A DNA stretch of 32,000 bases from an uncultured bacterium (GTDB lineage Bacteria > Margulisbacteria > WOR-1 > CAVSGV01): positions 690,001 through 722,000 of the forward strand of contig OY969425.1 in the NCBI GenBank assembly GCA_963699255.1, in the 5' to 3' direction. The number at the start of each line of letters is the position of its first letter. The first letter of the stretch is position 1. Positions 15,981 to 25,063 of this stretch are shown one piece after another. Below the pieces are notes generated by a model that ran no database searches, was not told the origin of the DNA, and worked only from the letters and a program-made list of their open reading frames with translations. Both the position numbers and the translations under genes were made by a program.

Positions 15981-17469
15981 GAAGAAATACATATTAGCTA
16001 TAGATCAAGGCACCACCGGCTCAACGATCATCATCTTCGACAAAAAAGGCGGAATAGCATCGAGAGCTTACCGAGAATTCCCTCAGATATTCCCAAAGCC
16101 AGGCTGGGTGGAGCATGACCCTGTCAAGATATGGCAGTCGGTAAAGCTGACGATAACCGACGCGCTAAAGGCCGGAAAGATCAAGGGAAGCGAGATCGCC
16201 GCGATCGGTATCACAAATCAGAGAGAAACCACGATCATATGGGACAGGAAGACAGGCAGGTCGATCTACAACGCTATCGTATGGCAATGCAGAAGGACAG
16301 CGCAGATATGCGACGCCCTGAAAAAGAAGGGTCTTGAGCCCTACGTCCAGAAAGCGACCGGGCTGAAGATAGATGCGTATTTCTCGGGAACAAAGATAAA
16401 GTGGATACTAGATAACGTCAGAGGAGCTAGAAGAGCTAGAGGAGGAAGATGTGGGGGATTGGCTTTTGGGACTGTTGATACATGGATAATATGGAATCTG
16501 ACTGATGGCAAAAGTCACGTTACCGACTATTCAAATGCTTCAAGGACGATGATTTACAACATTCGAAAGCTTGATTGGGATGAAAAGCTCCTCAAAATAC
16601 TTCGCATTCCGCGTTCTCTTCTTCCCAAGGTCGTCCCCTCTTCCGGAATTGCCGGGCGCACAAAAGGCCTAGGGGTCCTGCCGGACGGTATACCGATCGC
16701 AGGAATAGCCGGCGATCAGCAGGCTGCTTTATTCGGGCAGGGCTGCCACGAGCCCGGGGACATCAAGAACACTTACGGAACCGGCTGTTTCATGCTTGTT
16801 AACACCGGAACAAAGGCCGTTAATTCAAAGACCGGCCTTTTGACAACGATCGCATGGGGAATTGATAAGAAAGTCTTTTACGCTCTTGAAGGCTCCGTTT
16901 TCATTGCTGGCGCCGCGATCCAATGGATCCGCGACGGACTGGGTCTGATCAAGAAAGCTGCAGAGACCGAAGCTATCGCAGAGTCGGTCCCTGACACAGG
17001 CGGCGTGTATTTTGTCCCTGCTTTCGTCGGCCTTGGCGCGCCTTACTGGAACATGTACGCGCGCGGCACTATCACCGGAATAACCAGGGGCACGACCAGG
17101 GCTCATCTGGTCCGCGCGACGCTTGAGTCCCTTGCCTATCAGACAAAGGATGTACTCCTCTGCATGCAGACGGATTCGCATCTCAAGATAAGATCGATGA
17201 AAGTGGACGGTAAAGCCGCGGAGAACGGTTTCCTGATGCAGTTCCAGGCGGATATCCTGCCGGCAAAAGTGATCCGGCCAAAGATCATCGACACCACCGC
17301 GCTCGGGGCGGCGTATCTCGCAGGTCTGGGAGTTGGTTTCTGGAAAAATCGGAACGAACTAAAGAAACTCTGGAAGATCGATAAAATATTCAGTCCTAAA
17401 ATGGAGAGGACTCAAAGGAATAAGTTATATCAGGGTTGGGAAAAAGCCATATCTCAAGCTCAACGTTGA
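15970..17469 (+). CDS. glpK: Glycerol kinase
   Basis: [33 protein letters not shown], full FGGY-kinase length. Confidence 0.95.
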   Translation: MRGVKKYILAIDQGTTGSTIIIFDKKGGIASRAYREFPQIFPKPGWVEHDPVKIWQSVKLTITDALKAGKIKGSEIAAIGITNQRETTIIWDRKTGRSIYNAIVWQCRRTAQICDALKKKGLEPYVQKATGLKIDAYFSGTKIKWILDNVRGARRARGGRCGGLAFGTVDTWIIWNLTDGKSHVTDYSNASRTMIYNIRKLDWDEKLLKILRIPRSLLPKVVPSSGIAGRTKGLGVLPDGIPIAGIAGDQQAALFGQGCHEPGDIKNTYGTGCFMLVNTGTKAVNSKTGLLTTIAWGIDKKVFYALEGSVFIAGAAIQWIRDGLGLIKKAAETEAIAESVPDTGGVYFVPAFVGLGAPYWNMYARGTITGITRGTTRAHLVRATLESLAYQTKDVLLCMQTDSHLKIRSMKVDGKAAENGFLMQFQADILPAKVIRPKIIDTTALGAAYLAGLGVGFWKNRNELKKLWKIDKIFSPKMERTQRNKLYQGWEKAISQAQR

Positions 17470-17487
17470 GAGCTTAGATGTTTAATT

Positions 17488-17522
17488 TCTAATCTCCAAT
17501 CTCTATTCTCTAATCTCTACAA
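17488..17522. repeat. TCTAATC heptamer block x5 between convergent glpK and DUF167
   Basis: tctaatc tccaatc tctattc tctaatc tctacaa. The minus strand encodes EIRE plus the TAG stop of DUF167. Confidence 0.85.
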
Positions 17523-17724
17523 CCTTCTCCCTTGAAGTAAGGCCTCTTATGATCGATATTCCGCTTTTTTTAACGCCGAAATGCTCAGCAAGAAGATCGA
17601 TAAGCGCGGCATTTGCCTTTCCTTCCACGGCCCTTGCCGTCAGATAGACCTTAAGGCGGCCGGGCTCCTCCACCAATCTGTCCCGTTTTGCGTTAGGAAT
17701 GACCTTTATATTCAATTTTGCCAT
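17503..17724 (-). CDS. DUF167 (YggU-like) protein
   Basis: VIPNAKRD...LKVYLTARAVEGKANAALIDLLAEHFGVKKSGISIIRGLTSREKVVEI. Start placed at ATG 17724, 10 nt after the TGATAAAAT element; the longest ORF starts at 17736. Confidence 0.75.
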   Translation of the reverse strand: MAKLNIKVIPNAKRDRLVEEPGRLKVYLTARAVEGKANAALIDLLAEHFGVKKSGISIIRGLTSREKVVEIRE

Positions 17725-17734
17725 TGCAGAAAGC

Positions 17735-17743
17735 ATTTTATCA
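17735..17743 (-). promoter_or_regulatory. Extended -10 element TGATAAAAT upstream of DUF167
   Basis: Minus strand reads tgataaaat, then 10 nt, then ATG 17724. Confidence 0.35.
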
Positions 17744-17861
17744 CAGAAAAGCCTCCCGCTGCTCCTCCAAATAATACCTTTTCAGAAGTGAAATTTACCA
17801 ATGGATGTTTCGATAATAAAGCGGCAGTGACCCGGCTGATGGGCATTTGGAGGCATGTAAA

Positions 17862-18953
17862 ATGGGATCCGTTATTATTGGAAAAACACCAGGCTACTTA
17901 AGGGTTCGGACCGTATTTAAAGTACCGAACGGCAATGACAGCGGGGCAAATACAGCAGAGATAACCAGTGACCTATCCACAATACACTTCACAAACGATC
18001 AACCGGACAGGGTGTCTTTTTGGGAATATCTTGAAAAGTGCAGGCCGTCCCTCCAGCTGAAAGGACTTTTTTCCAGAAAGGATCCCACCGAAAGGAAAAT
18101 AAAAAGGCTGCTTCATTTGCTGGGGAATAAAAATGAGGATGTTCAAAACAAGGCGGCGTGTGACTTAGGGGACCTTATTGAATCCGATATTCCCGCGGGG
18201 TTCAAGTCAAAGATTGTCAATTCCCTTATTAAAGCATTGAAAGATAATAATTGGCACAACCGGGATGGCGCGGCACTTGGACTGGAATATCTGACAACCT
18301 GTGATATCTCTTCGGAGTTAAAGGAAAAGATGGTAAACCCTCTTATTGAAGCGCTGGGGGATGAAAACGAAAGTGTCCGAAGTCACATAGCAACCGCCCT
18401 GAAAAATCTTGTTACCCACAACATCCCTCCTGAGACATCCGATATTTCCTCGGCGACAACTGATATATCCCTCGGGTCAAAAAAAACGATAATTGATCGC
18501 TTTATTAAAGCGCTGAAAAATGATAATTGGCTTATCCGGGATCTCGCGACAGATGCTTTTGGATATCTTGCCCGATACGATATTAATGTGGGATTAAAGG
18601 AAAAGATGGTCGCCCCTCTTATTGAAGCCCTGAATGATTCGGATTGGCATATCAAAAATGGCGCGGCATACGCCTTAGAAAATCTCTCCAGGTCCAATAT
18701 ATCCAAAGATTATAAGGAAAGCATGATCGATCCTCTAATTAAAACACTGAGGGATAAAAGCAACGCCGATATCGTTCGAACCCACGCGGTATATGCCTTT
18801 GAAAATCTTGTCAGATCCGATATTTCACGAGAATCAAAGATGAAGATGGTCTATCCTCTCTTTGAAGCATCCACGGACAGGAACAAAGATATTCAAGACA
18901 GCGCGAAACGCGCCTTAAATTATCTTGCTGAGTCCAGTATTTATGTGATTTAA
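17862..18953 (+). CDS. HEAT-repeat (PBS-lyase-like) protein
   Basis: About 7-8 repeats of the form K.KMV.PLIEAL.D..W.IR..AA.AL.NL. Start taken at the second ATG, 7 nt after GGAGG; the ORF track starts at 17847. Confidence 0.7.
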   Translation: MGSVIIGKTPGYLRVRTVFKVPNGNDSGANTAEITSDLSTIHFTNDQPDRVSFWEYLEKCRPSLQLKGLFSRKDPTERKIKRLLHLLGNKNEDVQNKAACDLGDLIESDIPAGFKSKIVNSLIKALKDNNWHNRDGAALGLEYLTTCDISSELKEKMVNPLIEALGDENESVRSHIATALKNLVTHNIPPETSDISSATTDISLGSKKTIIDRFIKALKNDNWLIRDLATDAFGYLARYDINVGLKEKMVAPLIEALNDSDWHIKNGAAYALENLSRSNISKDYKESMIDPLIKTLRDKSNADIVRTHAVYAFENLVRSDISRESKMKMVYPLFEASTDRNKDIQDSAKRALNYLAESSIYVI

Positions 18954-18983
18954 AAGCCAATATCAGAAACAGCGACCGTCCGC

Positions 18984-19011
18984 TTGAGACCGACAGCAGT
19001 AGTGTTATAAT
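18984..19011 (+). promoter_or_regulatory. Sigma70-like promoter (with TGn extension) of the glpA-like operon
   Basis: TTGAGA (18984-18989), 16-nt spacer ending in TGT, TATAAT (19006-19011), then 8 nt to ATG 19020. No SD. Confidence 0.55.
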
Positions 19012-19019
19012 TCCTGAAA

Positions 19020-20444
19020 ATGACCCAATATAATATAGCCATAATCGGCGGCGGAATAGTCGGCAACGCAATAGCAAGAGAACTTTCCCGATATGAATTA
19101 AAGACCATCCTCATTGAAAAAGAGATCGAAGTTTCCTTCGGCACTTCAAAAGCCAATTCAGGGATAATCCACTCTGCGCTGCACGATGACATGAGGACGC
19201 TTAAGGGCAGATTGTGCCTTCAGGGGAATGCTCTCTGGGGAAAACTTTCGAAAGAACTGAGGATACCTTTCGAGAGAGTGGGAGAGATCCTTGTCGCGCG
19301 GTCAAGGGACGACATCCCTGTGCTGATAAAAATGCTGGAGAACGCGAAAGCAAACGGGATCCCGGCCGAAATGGTGGAAGGAAAGCGGCTCCATGAGCTT
19401 GAGCCGAACCTTTCCGTTGACATTAACACGGGGCTGCTCGCGCCGTCGGCGGGGGTGATACCGCCGTACGAAATGACATATGCCCTGTATGAGAACGCGA
19501 TGCAGAACGGCGTGGAATATCTTCTCGGATCAAAAGTCACGAACATAGCAAAGGAAGGGGCGGGTTATGTCATCTCCGTCGGCGGCCAGGAAATAAAATC
19601 GGATCACGTAATAAACGCGGCGGGAGTCTACGCCGACGAAGTGGCGAGATTTGTCGGCGCGAACAATTTCAGGATAAGGCCAAGAAAAGGCGAAGAGTAC
19701 ATCCTTGATAAGAGGCTCGACAACATCAATAACCACATAATATTCCCGACCCCCACGCCCACGTCAAAAGGGATACTGATAATAAAGACTATAGAAGGCT
19801 CCACCATGATCGGCCCCACCGCGGAAGACACAGATGACAGGGAAGACACATCCACGACTCCGGCGGGCTTGATGAAGATCCTTGATTTTGTCCGGACAAT
19901 GATCAACGACATCCCGAAAAAGGACATAATCGCGTCATTCGCGGGGATACGCCCCGTTTCCGACACGAACGACTTCGTAATAGAGGAATCCTCTAAATCC
20001 CCGCGCTTCATAAACGCGGCGGGGATACAATCCCCGGGATTGACGGCGGCGCCGGCGATAGCGCTGATGGTCGTGAACATATTGAGAACAACGGGTTTAC
20101 CCCTTGAAGAGAAAAAAGAATTCAAGAAATACGACAAGCCCCACAGGAGATTTTCTCTCGCTCCGGACAGGGACAAGGAGCTGCTGATCTCTTTGAACAA
20201 AGCTTACGGGAACGTGATCTGCAGGTGCGAAACAGTAACGGAAGCCGAAGTCGTCGCCGCGATAAAGAACGGCGCAAGGACCCTCGACGGTATAAAGTTC
20301 AGGACGCGCGCGGGAATGGGGAGATGCCAGGCCGGCTTCTGCACTCACCATGTGATGAAGATACTCGCAAGAGAGACCGGAACCCCTGAGGAAAAGATCA
20401 CCAAGCGGGGCGGGAACTCGTCGATAGTGAGTGAAAAAAGATGA
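19020..20444 (+). CDS. FAD-dependent glycerol-3-phosphate dehydrogenase-like oxidoreductase with BFD-like [2Fe-2S] domain
   Basis: IAIIGGGIVGNAIA FAD fold. C-terminal CRCETVTEAEV...GRCQAGFC. Followed by the FAD/NAD oxidoreductase + DUF1667 pair and located near glpK. Confidence 0.8.
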   Translation: MTQYNIAIIGGGIVGNAIARELSRYELKTILIEKEIEVSFGTSKANSGIIHSALHDDMRTLKGRLCLQGNALWGKLSKELRIPFERVGEILVARSRDDIPVLIKMLENAKANGIPAEMVEGKRLHELEPNLSVDINTGLLAPSAGVIPPYEMTYALYENAMQNGVEYLLGSKVTNIAKEGAGYVISVGGQEIKSDHVINAAGVYADEVARFVGANNFRIRPRKGEEYILDKRLDNINNHIIFPTPTPTSKGILIIKTIEGSTMIGPTAEDTDDREDTSTTPAGLMKILDFVRTMINDIPKKDIIASFAGIRPVSDTNDFVIEESSKSPRFINAAGIQSPGLTAAPAIALMVVNILRTTGLPLEEKKEFKKYDKPHRRFSLAPDRDKELLISLNKAYGNVICRCETVTEAEVVAAIKNGARTLDGIKFRTRAGMGRCQAGFCTHHVMKILARETGTPEEKITKRGGNSSIVSEKR

Positions 20445-21688
20445 AAAAAATATCGACCGACGTGATCGTCATAGGCGCCGGACCGGGCGGAATGGCCGCT
20501 GCCCTGAAGGCCCGCGAAATGGAAGTGAAGAACGTTCTGCTGGTCGATCGATTGCCGGAGCCAGGCGGAATACTTCAGCAGTGCATCCACAACGGCTTCG
20601 GCCTCCACAAATTCCAGAAAGATCTTACGGGGCCTGAATACGCCGATATCTACATCAAAAAAATTACGAGCGCGAACATCGAGGCTTTGCTTCATACCAT
20701 GGCCATAGAGATAACTCCGGACAATAAAGTAATCCTTTCGAACCAGACCGACGGTTTGATTGAGGTTGACGCAAAAGCCATCATTCTTGCGATGGGCTGC
20801 AGGGAGAGGACAAGGCAGCAGGCGAGCATCCCGGGCACAAGGCCGTCGGGGATCTTCACCGCGGGAGTCGCGCAGAGGTTCATGAACATAGAGGGCTTTA
20901 TTCCCGGAAGAGAGATCGTGGTCGTCGGAAGCGGGGACATCGGGATGATAATGGCGCGAAGGATGACGCTTGAAGGCGCAAATGTCCACGCCGTTACAGA
21001 GATACTCCCCTATCCCGGAGGCTTGACGAGGAACGTTGTCCAGTGCCTCAATGATTACGATATCCCGCTGTTCCTGAACCACACCGTAAGCCAGATCTAC
21101 GGAAAGGACAGGGTCAGAGGAGTTAAGATCGCCAGGATCGACAGTAAAGGCGATCCCACTGATGAAACGTTCGAAATATCATGCGATACCCTCCTTTTCT
21201 CGGTCGGATTGATACCGGAGAATGAGCTCTCCCGGATGGTCATTCTTGAGATCAATCCCCTGACAGGCGGTCCATTTATTGACGATACATACCAAACAAA
21301 AAGGCCCGGTGTTTTCATCTGCGGGAATGCGGCATTCGTTAACGACCTGGCCGATTATGTGAGCCGCGAGGGTGAGCTGGCGGGAGAATCCGCGGCGAAG
21401 TATGTGAATGGTTCACTGAAGAAGCAAATGAACGTGAGGGTCCTGGCCGGAGATAATATCCGATTTGTCGTGCCTAACTCCATCACAAGGACGGATCGGG
21501 TGACTTTGTATGCGCGCGTCACCCGTCCCATGCTAAATGTAAGGGTAACGTCATCCGAAGATATCGTGAACATGAAAAAACAGATAGTGAAGCCGAGCGA
21601 GATGCTGGAGATAGAGCTGGACGGCGAAAAGCTGAAAAAGATAAAAGAGCTGAGGGAGATAATGATCGATGTCAGACCGGATAAATGA
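20441..21688 (+). CDS. Pyridine nucleotide-disulfide (FAD/NAD) oxidoreductase, partner of the GlpA-like enzyme
   Basis: Two Rossmann motifs (VIVIGAGPGG, IVVVGSGDIG). ATGA overlap with the upstream gene. Confidence 0.75.
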   Translation: MKKISTDVIVIGAGPGGMAAALKAREMEVKNVLLVDRLPEPGGILQQCIHNGFGLHKFQKDLTGPEYADIYIKKITSANIEALLHTMAIEITPDNKVILSNQTDGLIEVDAKAIILAMGCRERTRQQASIPGTRPSGIFTAGVAQRFMNIEGFIPGREIVVVGSGDIGMIMARRMTLEGANVHAVTEILPYPGGLTRNVVQCLNDYDIPLFLNHTVSQIYGKDRVRGVKIARIDSKGDPTDETFEISCDTLLFSVGLIPENELSRMVILEINPLTGGPFIDDTYQTKRPGVFICGNAAFVNDLADYVSREGELAGESAAKYVNGSLKKQMNVRVLAGDNIRFVVPNSITRTDRVTLYARVTRPMLNVRVTSSEDIVNMKKQIVKPSEMLEIELDGEKLKKIKELREIMIDVRPDK

Positions 21689-22040
21689 GAACAAATTCAT
21701 CTGCATAATGTGCCCACTCGGGTGCGAGGTGGTGGTCAGGTCGGATGAAAGCGGACAGATAACCGAGATACTCGGCAATAAATGCGCCAAGGGCGAAAAA
21801 TACGCGAGGGACGAATCCGCTCATCCGCTGAGGATATTGACTTCAACTGTTGCGGTTGAAGGGGCCCAATTCGCAAGGCTCCCGGTAAGGACATCGGATC
21901 TCATACCGAAAGACAGGATGTTCGACTGCATGAAGGAGATACAGAAGGTCAGAGCCAAAGCGCCGGTGAAGCTGGGCGACAGGATCATCGAAAACATACT
22001 GGGCCTCGGCGTGGACGTGATAGCTACGAGGGATCTCTAA
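21669..22040 (+). CDS. DUF1667 domain protein
   Basis: FICIMCPLGCEV motif. Third member of the conserved glycerol-3-phosphate oxidoreductase trio. Confidence 0.7.
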   Translation: MSDRINENKFICIMCPLGCEVVVRSDESGQITEILGNKCAKGEKYARDESAHPLRILTSTVAVEGAQFARLPVRTSDLIPKDRMFDCMKEIQKVRAKAPVKLGDRIIENILGLGVDVIATRDL

Positions 22041-22050
22041 TCTCCAATAT
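22034..22050. repeat. Partial TCTAATC-family block between convergent DUF1667 and the LigD-PE gene
   Basis: The 13-mer tctaatctccaat (22036-22048) is identical to 17488-17500. It contains the TAA stop of DUF1667. Confidence 0.7.
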
Positions 22051-22421
22051 CAAGTCTTGCTTTTAAAGAACAGCCAGTTCTTCGGCCCCGCCTTTTTGAA
22101 CCTGATGAGATGAAAATGGCCGTTCAGCTTCTTCCCGTGTATCGCCATCTCGATCTTTTCGTCATTGAATACTATGGCATCGAAAGTGCCTTTGTCCCAT
22201 ATCTTCACTTCTCCCGCCCCGTACTGCCCCTGGGGAATGGTCCCTTCAAAGTCCCCGTAATCCAGCGGATGGTCTTCAACTTCAACGGCCAATCGTTTGA
22301 CGGACGGATCGTTAGAAGGTTCCTTTGGTACCGCCCAGGATTTCAGGACGCCTTTGTTCTCAAGACGCAGGTCCCAGTGAAGGCGCGACGCATGGTGTTC
22401 GTGTATGATGTATTTAGGCAT
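22050..22421 (-). CDS. Stand-alone LigD-type 3'-phosphoesterase (PE) domain protein
   Basis: HEHHASRLHWDLRLE...WAVPK...VEDHPLDYGDFEG.IP.GQYGAG is the LigD PE signature. At 123 aa it has no ligase or polymerase domain. Confidence 0.85.
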   Translation of the reverse strand: MPKYIIHEHHASRLHWDLRLENKGVLKSWAVPKEPSNDPSVKRLAVEVEDHPLDYGDFEGTIPQGQYGAGEVKIWDKGTFDAIVFNDEKIEMAIHGKKLNGHFHLIRFKKAGPKNWLFFKSKT

Positions 22422-22430
22422 TTCGGGAGG

Positions 22431-22439
22431 ATTATATCA
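22431..22439 (-). promoter_or_regulatory. Extended -10 element TGATATAAT of the LigD-PE gene
   Basis: Minus strand reads tgatataat, then 9 nt, then ATG 22421. The 13-mer TGATATAATCCTC is identical to the bioB copy. Confidence 0.45.
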
Positions 22440-22445
22440 CGCGCA

Positions 22446-23333
22446 TCAGATGCTAGAAATAAAATTATGGGCTGCCTCTCTTATTGGCGAATAAACCCCT
22501 ATATAGTCTTTTGCGAACGATTCCTGGATTTTTGGGCCTAACCCGAATATTTTCGGCTCTGAAACATCATCGATATTGATCGTATACATGAACATGCCCA
22601 TGGGCAGCTCTATCGGTTTTTTATTCACGACGGACACAACGAAATTATATGGATCGAATCCCAGCCCTATATCAACACCGTGGAATATTCTTGGAGCCTT
22701 AAAAGCCACCTTGCCAATATCGGGCGAGATCACCCCGAGAAATAAGGCCGCGGAAAACAGATTCCCCTCTATCTTCACTTCTACTTTATTCGGGTTATTA
22801 TTTGATTCATCTATAGAAATATGCGCATCGGGATCAAGGCGGACCATTTCGAATATTCTCGTGAAAGCGGCGTGAAGTCCGCATCTCTTAACGATCCCGG
22901 AAACAAAAAAATGAATGCTGAGATTGCTTAAATTCATTCTTTTTAATTCCTGGATGCTCGGCGCTAATATATTTTGGTAAAATTCCAGGTATCTGCCGCT
23001 GAACATCACGCCTGATCGAGCGACATCCGGGCCAAAAACATCCGCAAGGACGCTCGCTTTCCCTGAGTCATCATTTATATAAACATTTTCCGAAAGCTTC
23101 AGAACTTTCGTCCTATAATTACTTTCTGATCCATTCTCGAACATCATACAGCGCGGCACGTGCGCATAAGAAGGGCCAGCCTCCGTATTAGACATAAGTT
23201 TTTTAAATCTGGATCCGACCCAGCTATCCTCTTTAACTGTTTTCGCAAGTGTTTTATAAGGATGGGACAGGCCAAAATACGGCTTATAACCCGCCTTATG
23301 AAGATCGCATGTTTTCACCGTTCTAACTGCCAT
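22446..23333 (-). CDS. Hypothetical protein, 295 aa, no recognisable family
   Basis: Long ORF with SD GGGGGA 6 nt upstream. More AT-rich by eye than its neighbours. I recognise no motifs. Confidence 0.55.
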   Translation of the reverse strand: MAVRTVKTCDLHKAGYKPYFGLSHPYKTLAKTVKEDSWVGSRFKKLMSNTEAGPSYAHVPRCMMFENGSESNYRTKVLKLSENVYINDDSGKASVLADVFGPDVARSGVMFSGRYLEFYQNILAPSIQELKRMNLSNLSIHFFVSGIVKRCGLHAAFTRIFEMVRLDPDAHISIDESNNNPNKVEVKIEGNLFSAALFLGVISPDIGKVAFKAPRIFHGVDIGLGFDPYNFVVSVVNKKPIELPMGMFMYTINIDDVSEPKIFGLGPKIQESFAKDYIGVYSPIREAAHNFISSI

Positions 23334-23468
23334 TAATATCCCCCTGATTCGCCCTCAGAATCCTCAGATAGCGCTTATATTTCTATCCATTTATCGACCA
23401 TATGTTCCAGAAATTTCAGGTTTTTACGCGAATTCTAGGGGAATTTCAGGAAATGCTCTCGAAAGGGC

Positions 23469-24128
23469 CTATCTGGAATAATACTTCTTCATGAAAGACG
23501 CTTTTGAGGGACAGAACTGCCCTATCACGCATTCAGGGCATAAAGGACGGGGCGCCTTGCAAACGGCCCTTCCGTGGTCGACCAGATTATAATTAACCTT
23601 GCCCCAGTATTTTCTCGGGAGCAAACTCATCAGGTCCTGTTCGATCCTTCCCGGATCGTCGAACTTTGAAAATCCCAGCCTTTGTGACAGCCTGATAACA
23701 TGAGTATCCACCGCTATGCCCTCAACTTTATGGAAAGCACTATTCAGAACAACGTTCGCGGTTTTCCTTGCCACGCCGGGAAACTTGATAAGCTGTTCCA
23801 TCGAGTCGGGCACTTTTCCGTTAAAATCGGAAACCAGCATCTTCGCCATATTGATGATATTCTTCGCCTTGTTGTGATAAAAACCTGTGGACCGGATCTC
23901 CTGTTCGAACTTCCTTATATTAGCCTTCGCGTAGTCTTTCGCTGACCGGTACTTTTTGAAAAGGGTCAATGTGACGGTATTCACCCGTTTGTCAGTGCAC
24001 TGCGCGGAAAGGATCGTAGCCACTAACATTTCGAGCGGAGAATGGAATGCGAGGGCTGTTCTCGCATCTGGATATTCTTTGGACAATATTTTCAGTACTT
24101 CAAGTATTCTTGTCTTCGTCGCATCCAT
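23469..24128 (-). CDS. nth: Endonuclease III
   Basis: HhH-GPD core (LVATILSAQCTD, GVARKTANVVL, VDTHV) and a C-x6-C-x2-C-x5-C [4Fe-4S] motif at the C-terminus. Confidence 0.92.
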   Translation of the reverse strand: MDATKTRILEVLKILSKEYPDARTALAFHSPLEMLVATILSAQCTDKRVNTVTLTLFKKYRSAKDYAKANIRKFEQEIRSTGFYHNKAKNIINMAKMLVSDFNGKVPDSMEQLIKFPGVARKTANVVLNSAFHKVEGIAVDTHVIRLSQRLGFSKFDDPGRIEQDLMSLLPRKYWGKVNYNLVDHGRAVCKAPRPLCPECVIGQFCPSKASFMKKYYSR

Positions 24129-24139
24129 AAGTTGGATAA

Positions 24140-24148
24140 ATTATATCA
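24140..24148 (-). promoter_or_regulatory. Extended -10 element TGATATAAT of nth
   Basis: Minus strand reads tgatataat, then 11 nt, then ATG 24128. Confidence 0.45.
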
Positions 24149-24190
24149 CATCTTCCCCTTCTGGCTCGCCTAGCTCTTCCGTGTTAAAAT

Positions 24191-25063
24191 ATGACCATGT
24201 ACCAAATGCTTAACATCCCGCTTAACGCGGAGGATCCCCATACCTGGCATAACCTCCTCAAGTTCCCTATTTACGCGCGCAAAGACTGGATCCGCAATCA
24301 CCTGAATGCGGTTATCGCAACGCTCAAGGAACTTCTTTCAGATAAGAACGCCTTACTGAACGTGGGCCTCGACAGCCACCAGATGCCCTGGGACGCTATC
24401 GGTTTCATCTGCCTCAATGATAATCTATACAAGGAAGCGGAAACGATCTATGACAATATCTTCAGGAAATTCCAGGACATAAAGGCGGATGCAACGATCC
24501 CTCTCTATAACCGCGGCATAGCAAGGTTCCTACAGGGGCGATATCGCGACGCATACGAGGACTTTAAGCTCGCCAGGAAAGATGATCCCCATTTCTACGA
24601 CAAGGACAGTCTCACTTTCGGCGCGATAAAATATATGGACGAGGTGCTCTTCCCCACCCGCGAGACCATCAAGAAAAATCAGGAAAAGCTGATCAAGGAC
24701 CTGAACACGCCGAAGATGGTGGATGATGTTTCTGGCCCCAACAAGCTGAAAATAATCCGGAAATGGAATTCATCGACCCCGCTCTACTCACAAACGCCGA
24801 GCCTCGGCGGAGGTTATTATCTGACCCTGAAGAACTCCCGCGGCGAGACCAAAGGCATCGTCATCGACCCCGGATACAATTTCCTTGAAATATTCAGGGA
24901 GCAGTGCCTGGGCATCCTTGACATCGACGCGATAATAGTAACGCACGATCACGACGACCACTCGGAATCGGTCGAAGGCATATTGAGCCTGGTGGCAAAA
25001 TACAATGATTACAAACTGCGCGGCCCGTCAAAGGTGCTGGATATTTTCGGATCCCCGGCGTGA
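24191..25063 (+). CDS. TPR-like N-terminal domain + first half of an MBL-fold hydrolase (split gene, part 1)
   Basis: TPR-like helices (LYKEAETIYDNIF, LYNRGIARFLQGRYRDAYEDFKLA). MBL motifs 1-2 (GIVIDPGYNF, THDHDDH). Ends VLDIFGSPA* at a C4 run. Which start ATG is used (24191, 24197 or 24206) is uncertain. Confidence 0.7.
   Translation: MTMYQMLNIPLNAEDPHTWHNLLKFPIYARKDWIRNHLNAVIATLKELLSDKNALLNVGLDSHQMPWDAIGFICLNDNLYKEAETIYDNIFRKFQDIKADATIPLYNRGIARFLQGRYRDAYEDFKLARKDDPHFYDKDSLTFGAIKYMDEVLFPTRETIKKNQEKLIKDLNTPKMVDDVSGPNKLKIIRKWNSSTPLYSQTPSLGGGYYLTLKNSRGETKGIVIDPGYNFLEIFREQCLGILDIDAIIVTHDHDDHSESVEGILSLVAKYNDYKLRGPSKVLDIFGSPA

Noticed and set aside
16420-16465. Purine-rich repetitive stretch in glpK (gaggagctagaagagctagaggaggaagatgtggg, encoding [13 protein letters not shown]) as another heptamer insertion
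   Set aside because: Its period is ~9 nt, not 7. The segment aligns with the conserved GlpK region (E. coli [20 protein letters not shown], from memory) with only ~2 extra residues.
18770-18790. tRNA-like T-loop sequence cgttcgaaccc
   Set aside because: It lies inside the HEAT-repeat ORF, and no acceptor or anticodon stems can be drawn around it.
22446-23333. Possible AEP primase-polymerase / LigD-Pol relationship for the orphan (SGIVKRCGLHAAF versus the sGxGlH motif)
   Set aside because: The spacing is wrong, and I found no DxD or R.PGS motifs. The resemblance is too weak to report as a call.
23385-23410. Sigma-54-like TGGAAC-N5-GTCGA upstream of the orphan gene (minus strand)
   Set aside because: The -12 element does not match TTGC/TGC; only the GG is present.
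24185-24206. A leaderless promoter for the TPR-MBL gene (TGTTAAAAT directly abutting ATG 24191)
   Set aside because: The -10-like element touches the first ATG. The usable start (24197 or 24206) cannot be decided from sequence, and there is no -35. I left it out of the promoter list.
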